Shown piece by piece: positions 1-7,654 of a stretch of 42,610 bases of DNA (position 1 is its first letter; each line of letters starts with the position of its first letter). Both the position numbers and the translations under genes were made by a program. Source of the DNA: a virus (taxonomy: Duplodnaviria > Caudoviricetes); IMG/VR virus record IMGVR_UViG_3300044728_000289, positions 1 to 42,610 of that record; one strand, given 5' to 3'. The notes beneath the pieces are model-generated. The model was not told the DNA's origin and ran no database searches. It worked only from the letters and a program-made list of their open reading frames with translations.

Positions 1-210
1 GGCGAAGACCCAGTCCGGCCAGCCGTAGCCGCAGGCGTGGTCCGCGCCGGTCTCGATGGTGTGAATGCCCCTGACGGCAGCTTCCGAGTAGCGGACATGA
101 AACCCGCACCAGCCCCGCTCCCGGGCCCTGGCCAGGACCCAGGTCTCGAACTCGTCTTCACCGGCGATCTCGTTCTTCAGGTTGCCCGGCAGATGGGCCC
201 TACGTGGCAT
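1..210 (-). CDS. VRR-NUC domain nuclease, 5' part (continues across the junction to 42316)
   Basis: Manual translation from ATG at 210: MPRRAHLPGNLKNE...GWPDWVFARDGQVMFRELKTEVGQTSRHQKHWIALLAAAGLDVDIWRPRD, 125 aa. Matches the PD...E-x-K VRR-NUC pattern. Confidence 0.85.
   Translation of the reverse strand, partial: MPRRAHLPGNLKNEIAGEDEFETWVLARARERGWCGFHVRYSEAAVRGIHTIETGADHACGYGWPDWVFA
2..127. repeat. Terminal overlap, copy 1 (identical to 42485-42610)
   Basis: 126 nt exact match between window ends. Base 1 (g) differs from 42484 (c) at a synonymous Ala codon position. An ORF continues across the join, so this is a circular or permuted assembly. Confidence 0.95.
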
Positions 211-1354
211 GCGGGTAGGCTGCCAGTCTGCCCCTGGCGAGCGCCACCATCTCCGGATCGAGGTCGTAGCCGATGACGTTGCGGCCCAGCTTGACGGCCG
301 CCAGGGCGGTCGTCCCCGAGCCCAGGAACGGGTCCAGCACGGTGTCGCCGCGGAAGCTGTAGAGCCGCACCAGGCGGTCCGCCAGGGCCTCCGGGAAGGC
401 CGCCGGGTGCAGGTCCTGGCGCTCGCCCGGGATGGTCCAGACGCCGTTGGTCCACTCCAGCCACTGCCCATGGCTGAGGTTGTGGGGCAGGCTATCGCGG
501 TGCTGGTTCCATGATCCGCGGCTGAAGACGGCGATCATCTCCACCCGGGCGATGACGTGGACGGCGCTGGGGCTGTCAACGCTGCCGCGAGCGGTCGAGC
601 GGGTGATGGTGCCCTCGTTCCAGACGATGCTGTGCTGGTACGTCAGGCCCGCGTTCTGAAGCTCCAGCACCCAGTCGGCGTACACCGCGCGGTGCCGGTC
701 GGCGCCCTCGTCGAAGGTGTCCAGGGGCAGCACGATGGCCAGCCGGCCGCCGATGGCCAGGACCCGGGCCATCTCGTTGGCCCAGGTGCTGACCAGCGGC
801 ATGTACTCGTGCTCGTAGACCAGGCGGTCGTCGGAGCCGCCGTAGGCCTTGCCCAGGTTGTAGGGCGGGCTGGTCACCAGCAGGTCGACCGCGCGGTCGG
901 ACAGATAGATCTGCGCGCAGTCGCCCTCGCTGATGGTCAACTCGAAGGCCGGCTCAGGCGAGACCAGTTCCACCGCCTCGCCGCGGGCAACCAGATCCTC
1001 CCGGCGCGCGGCCTGGCGCTCTTCGCGCTGTTCGGCCTTGACGACCTCGACCACCTCGGTGAACGACATCTCCGCCGGCAAATCGAGCACGCGTGCTCGA
1101 TTTCGGTCAGACACCATCAACCGCCGGGCCTGGTGAACGCCCAGGGGAAAGCTGTCGCGGACCCAATCCTCCCAGTCGCCATGCTTCATGCGGCCCTTGA
1201 TAGCGTTGAGCATGGCCCCCAGGTAGAGGCCGTCGGCGCGCGTACGCTCCAGCTTGATGAGCAGACCGGCGGCGCTGGAGATGGCCTGAGCCTGGAGGTC
1301 CTCCAGGCTCAGGGTCTCAAAGTCCAGCCCCTGCTCCAGCAGGGAGAGGCTCAT
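200..1354 (-). CDS. DNA amino-methyltransferase (N4-C/N6-A, beta class) with DUF3102-like N-terminal domain
   Basis: Catalytic TSPPY precedes HPAAFP and the SAM motif DPFLGSGTT. N-terminus GAMLNAIKGRMKHGDWEDWV resembles DUF3102. Start moved to ATG 1354 (ATGA overlap with the upstream stop). Confidence 0.9.
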   Translation of the reverse strand: MSLSLLEQGLDFETLSLEDLQAQAISSAAGLLIKLERTRADGLYLGAMLNAIKGRMKHGDWEDWVRDSFPLGVHQARRLMVSDRNRARVLDLPAEMSFTEVVEVVKAEQREERQAARREDLVARGEAVELVSPEPAFELTISEGDCAQIYLSDRAVDLLVTSPPYNLGKAYGGSDDRLVYEHEYMPLVSTWANEMARVLAIGGRLAIVLPLDTFDEGADRHRAVYADWVLELQNAGLTYQHSIVWNEGTITRSTARGSVDSPSAVHVIARVEMIAVFSRGSWNQHRDSLPHNLSHGQWLEWTNGVWTIPGERQDLHPAAFPEALADRLVRLYSFRGDTVLDPFLGSGTTALAAVKLGRNVIGYDLDPEMVALARGRLAAYPHAT

Positions 1355-1809
1355 GCGCTCTCGGCGTCGTCGCGCAGCATCTCCAGATCCTCGTTGAGGT
1401 GCTTCATGTGGAGGTGGATCAACCGCCACTTCTTGCCCTCGCGGGTGCGGCCGTCCGTCTTCAGCATGGCGCTGTGAGCGACGGCCTCGGTCGTCAGGCT
1501 GGCCGTCTCGATGTACAACAGCCGCCCGGCGAGCCAGACAATGGGGTCACCGGACAGCTTGTAGATCCAGGGCCCACTGAGGTTGTCCGGATCTGGGGCA
1601 CAGACGAGCACAACGTCGTCGTTCTCGAACAGGCGGCGGAACTGCCGCGTAGTCTCGACGAAGCGACGGCGGTCCCAACCGAATTGGGCCAGGGCGCCCT
1701 GGTAATCCAGCCCCTCCGGGTGGCCGACCAGAAAGTCGAACAGCCGCGAGACATCATCGTTGCTGCCCATCGGGGGCGGCAGCGGCCCCTGTACCACGCG
1801 CAGGCTCAT
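1351..1809 (-). CDS. Hypothetical protein
   Basis: ORF MSLRVVQG..., coupled to both neighbours by ATGA overlaps. Confidence 0.75.
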   Translation of the reverse strand: MSLRVVQGPLPPPMGSNDDVSRLFDFLVGHPEGLDYQGALAQFGWDRRRFVETTRQFRRLFENDDVVLVCAPDPDNLSGPWIYKLSGDPIVWLAGRLLYIETASLTTEAVAHSAMLKTDGRTREGKKWRLIHLHMKHLNEDLEMLRDDAESA

Positions 1810-2531
1810 GAGGCCAGGCCCCCTTCGATGACCCGCAACTCGGTCTGCCATGTCTTGTCGTAGGCCTCGACGATGGCCCGGTCGGCCACCCGCTTCAGCC
1901 GCTCAACGGTGGTGAGGGCGATGGCCAGCATCTCGCGTTCCTCCTGGGTGAAGGCCACTCCTTCGCTGGCGCGGATGGCCTTGATCAGGAACTTTGCCGC
2001 CTGGCCCAGGCTGGCCTCGACCTCGATGTAGCGCACCGTGTGATGCTGACGCTTTGTCTCGGCCTCCTTCTCCTCGGCCTCCTTGTGTCGCCTGACCATC
2101 GCCGCGGCATGCGGGATTTCGTCGACGACCTTCGTCCCCCGCTCCTCGGCCCGCTGACGAGCGTTGTCGCGGATAGTGCGCACGTCACGACGGTGAGTCC
2201 GCCGAACAGTTGACAGCGGGGCCTGATACAGCGCTGCCACGGCCTCCGCAGCAGCCTCTGTTTCGGCACCCATGCTGGCCCGCTCACGAGCCTCATTAGG
2301 GGGGAGAGCGGCACCGCTCTCCCCCTGGAGCATCGCTCCGGCGTGGGCATCCCGACGAATCGTCGGTTCGGCAACGTCGACCCGTCGGGAGTATTCCTTC
2401 AACGACACGCGCGCCGGATTCGACTCATCCAAGGTCCAGTGCCAACGGAGGAGAAGGAGGGCGCGCGTGGCGCCCTCGGTCCTTTTCTCCAGGGAGCGGT
2501 CTTCCTCGACCACATTCAGGGGCAGGGTCAT
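1806..2531 (-). CDS. Hypothetical helical protein, possible HTH
   Basis: Start MTLPLNVVEE at a TGATG overlap. VSLKEYSRRVDVAEPTIRRD is HTH-like. Confidence 0.7.
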   Translation of the reverse strand: MTLPLNVVEEDRSLEKRTEGATRALLLLRWHWTLDESNPARVSLKEYSRRVDVAEPTIRRDAHAGAMLQGESGAALPPNEARERASMGAETEAAAEAVAALYQAPLSTVRRTHRRDVRTIRDNARQRAEERGTKVVDEIPHAAAMVRRHKEAEEKEAETKRQHHTVRYIEVEASLGQAAKFLIKAIRASEGVAFTQEEREMLAIALTTVERLKRVADRAIVEAYDKTWQTELRVIEGGLAS

Positions 2532-3091
2532 CAGAATGCGGGCTCCTCCTCCAGGGCGGCCATCTCGGCCTGCAGCCGCGCCTTCTTCTCGGCCGCGGTC
2601 TCGGCCGGCTCGGCCTTGGGGGCAGCCTGGTACGGGCGGACCTTGAGGACCTTGAGGCGGTCGTTGCCGTTGCGGTCGACCTGCCACTCCAGGGTCAGCA
2701 GAGCCTGCTTGCCGATCAGGCTCTCCTTCCAGCCGTAGCCGATCATCGTCTTGACTTCGTCGTCGTCGAGGACCTTGCCGACCAGGGCATTGGCGCGCTG
2801 GCGAGCGCCGGCGATGCGCCACTCCGGGTTCTGCGCCTTGGGGTTGTAGCGGGTCGAGTCGGACGTGATGTCCCACAACTCCGCGACCTCGTCCTCGGCG
2901 TTGGTCCAGGCCACGCCGGTCGCCGGGTCCCAGATGGTCCATTTGTGGATCAACATCATCTGGTCGTCGCGTTTGCGGTACTGCGAGTTGCTCGGCTGCT
3001 CGTCGATGTCGACCAGCTTGCCGATGTAGTTCTTGGTGTCGTCGAGGCCGTCGAAGTCGTTCGGGAAGGCCTCATCAGGTTGTCTAGGCAT
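2531..3091 (-). CDS. Putative ssDNA-binding protein
   Basis: Beta-rich core and acidic C-terminal tail ending EEEPAF, as in phage SSBs. Function is inferred. Confidence 0.5.
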   Translation of the reverse strand: MPRQPDEAFPNDFDGLDDTKNYIGKLVDIDEQPSNSQYRKRDDQMMLIHKWTIWDPATGVAWTNAEDEVAELWDITSDSTRYNPKAQNPEWRIAGARQRANALVGKVLDDDEVKTMIGYGWKESLIGKQALLTLEWQVDRNGNDRLKVLKVRPYQAAPKAEPAETAAEKKARLQAEMAALEEEPAF

Positions 3092-3113
3092 AACTCGGGT
3101 GCTCTCCGTTTGA

Positions 3114-3473
3114 CTAGCGGGCGCAGGTCCAGCGCCGAATGGTGATGCCCTCGGAAGCGAACTCCCCAGTCATCACGCGAGCCAGGTAGTCGAGGCTCTG
3201 GTATGGGTCGAAGGCGTCGTCGTACCCCCGTTGCTCGAAGTCCCAGTACAGGCCAGTGCGCAGCGTGCTCAACTGGACTGCCCCCAGGCTGGAGCCGTGG
3301 TCGCCCACGGCCCGCGGATTGTAGGTCTGGCCGGTCTCGCAGGCGACGATGGCCCGCAGCCGGCCGTAACTGACGCCATGGTTGGCGGCGGCGTCCCAGA
3401 TGGCCTGGTGGGTGTCGTCGGCGGTGAACGGGCTGGCGGCCACCATGGCCGCCAGCACCAGGCCAAGGATCAA
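3114..3473 (-). CDS. Secreted lytic transglycosylase (SLT/lysozyme-like fold)
   Basis: TTG start in a TTGA overlap. Signal-like MILGLVLAAMVAA, then AIVACETG (catalytic Glu), NPRAVG, SLGAVQL and FDPYQS. Confidence 0.75.
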   Translation of the reverse strand: MILGLVLAAMVAASPFTADDTHQAIWDAAANHGVSYGRLRAIVACETGQTYNPRAVGDHGSSLGAVQLSTLRTGLYWDFEQRGYDDAFDPYQSLDYLARVMTGEFASEGITIRRWTCAR

Positions 3474-4018
3474 GCCAGCACCAGATGCCGCCGGTCGCGC
3501 GGGACCATCGACGGGATCATCCGCAGCGTCGCCGGCGACCGCTCGATCTCGTCGTCGAGGTACGGCAGGTCGTCGATGTCGGCCGCCACCCGGCGGTCGG
3601 TCGCCGCGGTCATCCAGGCGCAGGTCAGCATCTCCCAGATCATCTGCTGCGGCTCGGCGCGGTTGCTGTGCGGGTCGCTGATCAACTGCCAGGGGAAGTC
3701 GAAGCCGCACTCCGCCGGGTCGAAGTTGTCGACCCGGTCGAGCAGCAGGTCGCACGCCTCGGAGTAGTGCGGCCGCCAGGGCTCGGTCCAGTCGTCCAGG
3801 CTGTAGAAGCTGACGACCGACGTGTCCAGCGCCTCGAAGATGTGGCGCGCGGTCTGGCCGAGCAGGCACGAGTTGCCGTCGCGCAAGCGCAGGCGACCCA
3901 GGTCAAGCTCGTCGTACCAGCCTGGCGCGACCCGGTCGAGCAGCGTCGCGCCCTGGTCAACCAGGGCCGTCGCCATCTCGGCCGTGAACTGGCTAGCTGG
4001 GACCGGGGTCAGGTGCAT
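3470..4018 (-). CDS. Hypothetical phage protein
   Basis: GGAGG upstream. The GATLLD...PGW...LDL..L....CLLGQ pattern resembles small proteins of high-GC phages. Confidence 0.75.
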   Translation of the reverse strand: MHLTPVPASQFTAEMATALVDQGATLLDRVAPGWYDELDLGRLRLRDGNSCLLGQTARHIFEALDTSVVSFYSLDDWTEPWRPHYSEACDLLLDRVDNFDPAECGFDFPWQLISDPHSNRAEPQQMIWEMLTCAWMTAATDRRVAADIDDLPYLDDEIERSPATLRMIPSMVPRDRRHLVLA

Positions 4019-4244
4019 TGGGAGCCTCCTCCGTCATGGTCAGCAGCGCCACCAGGCGCTGCATGATGTGGATCGTGCCGCCCATCTCCGCAGTCATGCG
4101 GACCAGGGCCCAGGCCCCGTCTTGGTAACCCTGGGCGTGGTACCGACGCGCCAGCTTGGCATCGTCGGTCCCCAGCACCCGCGGGTCCAGGGCCCTCCGG
4201 CGGAAGAACGCCCTGTCAATCTCTGCCTCGTTCAAATCAGGCAC
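3993..4244 (-). CDS. Hypothetical protein, first gene of the long leftward operon
   Basis: GTG at 4244 lies 6 nt after a -10 element (leaderless geometry). The ORF track gives an alternative TTG at 4250. Confidence 0.65.
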   Translation of the reverse strand: MPDLNEAEIDRAFFRRRALDPRVLGTDDAKLARRYHAQGYQDGAWALVRMTAEMGGTIHIMQRLVALLTMTEEAPNAPDPGPS

Positions 4245-4250
4245 GGACAA

Positions 4251-4280
4251 ACCTTACTCGAGACGAGGATCAAACGTCAA
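4251..4280 (-). promoter_or_regulatory. Leftward sigma70-type promoter
   Basis: TTGACG-18 nt-TAAGGT-6 nt-GTG on the minus strand. Confidence 0.65.
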
Positions 4281-4489
4281 GCGGGGACGCCGGAAGGCTC
4301 CCCGACGAGGTCCTCCGGCGGCACCCGCAGCGCGTGCGCCAACCGTCTGACCGTGCGCGCGTAGGGCGCGTCCTCACCGTTCTCCAGGCGGATGATGGTC
4401 GAGCGGACCAGGCCGCTCTTCTCGGCCAGTTCGGCCTGGGTCATCCAGCGGGCCTCCCTGATCTCGCGTAATCGATGTAGCTTGGGCAT
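4277..4489 (-). CDS. XRE/Cro-CI family HTH transcriptional regulator
   Basis: LREIREARWMTQAELAEKSGLVRSTIIRLENG is an HTH_3 signature. 70 aa from ATG 4489, no peptidase domain. Confidence 0.9.
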   Translation of the reverse strand: MPKLHRLREIREARWMTQAELAEKSGLVRSTIIRLENGEDAPYARTVRRLAHALRVPPEDLVGEPSGVPA

Positions 4490-4495
4490 GCCGGG

Positions 4496-4523
4496 AGTAT
4501 GCCACATCCTGGCCTGATCTGAA
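4496..4523 (-). promoter_or_regulatory. Promoter of the XRE gene (extended -10, leaderless)
   Basis: TTCAGA-16 nt-CATACT with TG extension, then 6 nt to ATG 4489. Confidence 0.55.
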
Positions 4524-4544
4524 CGGCTGATCTGCCGGCACGAG

Positions 4545-4574
4545 TTGACGGATAGGACCAAGATCGGGCATACT
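4545..4574 (+). promoter_or_regulatory. Rightward sigma70-type promoter (leaderless)
   Basis: TTGACG-18 nt-CATACT-7 nt-ATG 4582. TGCCGGCA palindrome at 4533-4540 just upstream. Confidence 0.7.
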
Positions 4575-4581
4575 TACGTCC

Positions 4582-4875
4582 ATGAACCGCACCGCCGCCG
4601 CCCGCCGCCGCCAGGCCGCGCTGGCCACCCCGATCTTCTCCGCGAGCTTCCGCGAGCCAGGCCAGACCGTCACGGTCGGCGTCCAGAACATCGTCACCGT
4701 CCGCATCGACGTGAGCACCCCTGGGCCCGACGAGACCATGGAGACGGCCATGTACATCCTCGGCCGCCAGCACGTCCGCGAGATGATCGAAGCCCTCGAA
4801 TCCGCCGAGGCCGCCATGATCCGCCAGGAAGAGGCCCTGGCGCGCTGGAACAATCGCAAAGGAGCCGCCGCGTGA
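4582..4875 (+). CDS. Hypothetical early protein
   Basis: ORF with high-GC3 codon usage directly after the promoter. Confidence 0.8.
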   Translation: MNRTAAARRRQAALATPIFSASFREPGQTVTVGVQNIVTVRIDVSTPGPDETMETAMYILGRQHVREMIEALESAEAAMIRQEEALARWNNRKGAAA

Positions 4876-5111
4876 ACCTGCCTTTCCGCGTCTTCAACCG
4901 CCACGGCCGCCTGGTCGGCGCCAGCATCTGGGGCGAATCGGCCGCCGCCCTGGTCAGCATCGAGGGCGCCGGCGCCACCGTGCGCCTGGACCGCAAGGTC
5001 GTCTGGCGCGAAGGCGAGGCCTTCGACGGCTTCGCCGGCGAGAGCTACGACGGCGCGGCCGGCACCATGCTGGCGCGCTACGACGAGCAGGTGGCCGGGG
5101 CCGCCCGGTGA
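4872..5111 (+). CDS. Hypothetical early protein
   Basis: AAAGGAG RBS and GTGA overlap; MNLPFRVFNRHG... Confidence 0.75.
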   Translation: MNLPFRVFNRHGRLVGASIWGESAAALVSIEGAGATVRLDRKVVWREGEAFDGFAGESYDGAAGTMLARYDEQVAGAAR

Positions 5112-5533
5112 CCGACTACCCCGACGACCTGTACGGCGGCACGCCCCCGCACGAGCCGCCCGACACCAGCCGCGAGGCCGCCGAGTTGATCCGCGACTCG
5201 GCCGCCACGCTGCGCGAGCAGGTCTACCGCTACATCGGCCAGCAGGGTGACAGCGGCGCCACCGACGAAGAGATCCAGCTTGCCCTGGCCATGGCCGGCA
5301 ACACCGAGCGCCCGCGGCGCCGTGAGCTAGAGGAGCAAGGCCTGGTCATGCGCGCCGGCTACACCCGCATGACCACGTCCAAGCGGCGCGCCGACGTGTG
5401 GATCATCGTCCCCGAGGACGACGGCCTGCGGGCCCCGCTGCCCTGGTTCGACGGCCCCCTGGTGCAGCCCGACATGTTTGCCGGCATCCTTCCCGCAGAT
5501 GTTGCATCTAAGTCTGAAGTCGAGTATAAATAG
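5108..5533 (+). CDS. Winged-helix DNA-binding protein
   Basis: DTSREAA...GATDEEIQLAL...RPRRRELEEQGLV...G.TR.T.SKRRADVW is a common phage wHTH pattern. The 3' end runs through promoter copy 1. Confidence 0.75.
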   Translation: MTDYPDDLYGGTPPHEPPDTSREAAELIRDSAATLREQVYRYIGQQGDSGATDEEIQLALAMAGNTERPRRRELEEQGLVMRAGYTRMTTSKRRADVWIIVPEDDGLRAPLPWFDGPLVQPDMFAGILPADVASKSEVEYK

Positions 5534-5539
5534 GACATG
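5479..5539 (+). promoter_or_regulatory. Repeated early promoter cassette, copy 1
   Basis: TGCCGGCA...TGTTGCATCTAAGTCTGAAGTCGAGTATAAATAGGACATG (-35 TTGCAT, 17 nt, -10 TATAAA, 6 nt, ATG). Confidence 0.9.
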
Positions 5540-5929
5540 CCGAAGAAGGTCACCGCCCAGACCACCTGGGGCCCCGTCACCCGCTCGACCGTCCGCGTCT
5601 ACACCCACGTCGTCGTCAGCTTCGAGCGGACGCCCGAGACCATCGCCGCCAGCGTGGCCAGCGACACCGCGAGCGCCGAGCGCAGCATCGCCTACTACCA
5701 GAAGGTCCTGGCCAGCGGCGAGTTTGGCAAGTACGAAACGCGCGAGACCTACGAGGGCTACCTGGCTGGCGCCGAGAAGCGCCTGGCGCGCACGACCCCC
5801 GAGAACGTCCATGGCAACCGCGAGTTGATCGCGCACGGCTGGTGCGGCCGCCTGGACCTGGCGCAGAAGCTCCAGGCCAAGGTCCGCCAGTACGGCTACC
5901 TGGCCGAGATCTTCCCGCTCGACGACTGA
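5537..5929 (+). CDS. Hypothetical early protein
   Basis: ORF begins at the ATG of promoter copy 1. Confidence 0.8.
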   Translation: MPKKVTAQTTWGPVTRSTVRVYTHVVVSFERTPETIAASVASDTASAERSIAYYQKVLASGEFGKYETRETYEGYLAGAEKRLARTTPENVHGNRELIAHGWCGRLDLAQKLQAKVRQYGYLAEIFPLDD

Positions 5930-5937
5930 GCCAGCGC

Positions 5938-5973
5938 CCTGGCCGCCGCTGTAACCCGGCGGCCAGGACTTCT
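5938..5973 (+). terminator. Hairpin, probable intrinsic terminator
   Basis: 11-bp perfect stem CCTGGCCGCCG/CGGCGGCCAGG with an 8-nt loop and a weak U-tail (ACTTCT). Confidence 0.55.
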
Positions 5974-6001
5974 GGGTGCGAGCCCCAGCCCGACCAGCGT
6001 A

Positions 6002-6061
6002 TGCCGGCACCCGCCCGCCAATGTTGCATCTGAGTCTGAAGTGGAGTATAAATAGGACATG
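6002..6061 (+). promoter_or_regulatory. Repeated early promoter cassette, copy 2
   Basis: TGCCGGCA...TGTTGCATCTGAGTCTGAAGTGGAGTATAAATAGGACATG. Confidence 0.9.
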
Positions 6062-6310
6062 CAAGCAGCAACCGTCTCGACCTTCATGACCGACAAGTTC
6101 CGCACCAGCATCGAGTTCGGCCTCTCGCGCAACGAGATGGACGACACCGTCGGCGCGCTGGTCGCCTTCAGCGAGGCCAGGCAGACGGCCCGCCTGGCCG
6201 CGGACCTGGCCCCGACCCGCCTGCGGTCGGCCTGGATCGCCCGGCAGAACCAGGCCACCGGCTACATCAACGCCGCCAAGCGGCGCATCGCCCTCCTGGG
6301 CGTCGGCTAG
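6059..6310 (+). CDS. Hypothetical early protein
   Basis: ORF begins at the ATG of promoter copy 2. Confidence 0.8.
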   Translation: MQAATVSTFMTDKFRTSIEFGLSRNEMDDTVGALVAFSEARQTARLAADLAPTRLRSAWIARQNQATGYINAAKRRIALLGVG

Positions 6311-6356
6311 CTCGGATCTCAGGGGCCCTCGGGCGGGCTCCTGACACCCCAGCTAG
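6307..6356 (+). other. Long imperfect intergenic RNA hairpin
   Basis: Outer stem CTAGCT/AGCTAG and inner stem TCAGGGGCCC/GGGCTCCTGA give about 22 paired positions. No U-tail; followed by an AAGGAG RBS. Confidence 0.55.
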
Positions 6357-6374
6357 GGGACAAGGAGAACCAGC

Positions 6375-6872
6375 GTGGCACTCATTGACAGCACGGCCCT
6401 GGAGGCCGTCATCGCGCGGATCAACGAGCGGCTCGAAGACGATTTCGTCAGCTTCACCAGCCGCCTGGACGACATCGAGGAGAAGGCCCGGGACGTGAGC
6501 GACCTGACCGACCGCGTCGACACGCTCGAAAATCAGGACGGCGACCCGAACGACTTCGACTCCCGCATCGACGACCTCGAACGGGAGATGCGCGACAAGG
6601 TCGACGAGTCCGACGTGCCGGACTTCAGCGACTTCGAGACCCGCCTGGAGCAGGCCGAGGAGAACATCTTCGCCCTCCGGAACGCCCCCGTCCCAGCGGT
6701 CGACCTGACCGACCTTGGCAGCCGGCTCGGCGCCCTGGAGCAGCGGGCCGACGACGAGAAGAGCATCGAATCCCTGGCCGAGCGGGTCGCGGCTCTGGAG
6801 GCCGCGAGCGCCCGCACCACCAGCTTCTTCAGCCTGCTGCGCCAGGCCGCGGAGTTGGTCCTCGGCCGCTAG
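6375..6872 (+). CDS. Acidic coiled-coil protein with R-h-x-x-h-E repeats
   Basis: RLDDIE, RVDTLE, RIDDLE, RLEQAE, RLGALE and RVAALE; AAGGAG RBS. Confidence 0.8.
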   Translation: MALIDSTALEAVIARINERLEDDFVSFTSRLDDIEEKARDVSDLTDRVDTLENQDGDPNDFDSRIDDLEREMRDKVDESDVPDFSDFETRLEQAEENIFALRNAPVPAVDLTDLGSRLGALEQRADDEKSIESLAERVAALEAASARTTSFFSLLRQAAELVLGR

Positions 6873-6879
6873 GCCTAGT

Positions 6880-6920
6880 GACACCTGCCGGCGCCTGCCG
6901 GCAGGTGTCCTTTGCTTGTT
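6880..6920 (+). terminator. Intrinsic terminator abutting promoter copy 3
   Basis: 13-bp perfect stem GACACCTGCCGGC/GCCGGCAGGTGTC, 4-nt loop, then CTTTGCTTGTT. Confidence 0.75.
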
Positions 6921-6956
6921 GCATCCTGGGCTGAAGTCGAGTATAAATAAGACGTG
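6896..6956 (+). promoter_or_regulatory. Repeated early promoter cassette, copy 3
   Basis: TGCCGGCA...TGTTGCATCCTGGGCTGAAGTCGAGTATAAATAAGACGTG. Confidence 0.9.
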
Positions 6957-7175
6957 CAGAAGAAAGCAGTCATCGTCCTGGCCGTCGGGACCCGCACCTT
7001 CACTGTCGAGACCCCCTTCGTCAACAAGATCGGGACCTACACCGCGATGGTCGACTTTGGCCCCAGCGGTGGCCGCCAGGCCGTCCGCCATGCCAACCGC
7101 GAGCAGGCCATCAAGAACGCCGTCGAGATCGGCACCCGCTTCACCCAGTTCATGATCGACCGGGAGGCCAAGTAG
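6954..7175 (+). CDS. Hypothetical early protein
   Basis: GTG start at the predicted +1 of promoter copy 3. Confidence 0.75.
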   Translation: MQKKAVIVLAVGTRTFTVETPFVNKIGTYTAMVDFGPSGGRQAVRHANREQAIKNAVEIGTRFTQFMIDREAK

Positions 7176-7177
7176 TC

Positions 7178-7435
7178 ATGACCGACCGCACGCTTAGCGC
7201 CCTCACCCTGGTCGCCCAGGGTGGGGTCATCGTCAACGAGGCCGGCCACGCGCTGGTCCCGAGTGCCAAGACCGAGGGCGCCTACTACCGCACCAGCAGC
7301 GCCTCGTGCTCATGCCCCGACCACAAGTACCGCGGCGTCGTCTGCAAGCACATGCTGGCCGTCCGTGTGATGCGCACCATCGCCCTGGCCGAGCAGGAAA
7401 CGATCACCGCCCTGGCCGCCCCGCAGGCGGCCTGA
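7178..7435 (+). CDS. SWIM zinc-finger protein
   Basis: CSCPDHKYRGVVCKH (CxC...CxH); GGGAGG RBS. Confidence 0.85.
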   Translation: MTDRTLSALTLVAQGGVIVNEAGHALVPSAKTEGAYYRTSSASCSCPDHKYRGVVCKHMLAVRVMRTIALAEQETITALAAPQAA

Positions 7436-7446
7436 AAGGACCATCA

Positions 7447-7653
7447 ATGACCACCGGCCTCTCGCTCATCAATGGCAAGGCGACCTACCGGACCAGCCAG
7501 TCCGACGGGACCCGCGTCTATGACATCGACGTGATCCTCGACCTGAACCACCCGACCATTCGCAAGATGGTCGAACGAGCCAAGACCGCCGCCCGCAAGC
7601 AGTCCGTTGAGGGCGGCGGCGCCCTGGTCGTCAAAGCTTGGCGCCTCCAGTAG
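7447..7653 (+). CDS. Hypothetical early protein
   Basis: AAAGGA RBS before ATG 7447 (MTTGLSLING...). Confidence 0.7.
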   Translation: MTTGLSLINGKATYRTSQSDGTRVYDIDVILDLNHPTIRKMVERAKTAARKQSVEGGGALVVKAWRLQ

Positions 7654-7654
7654 G

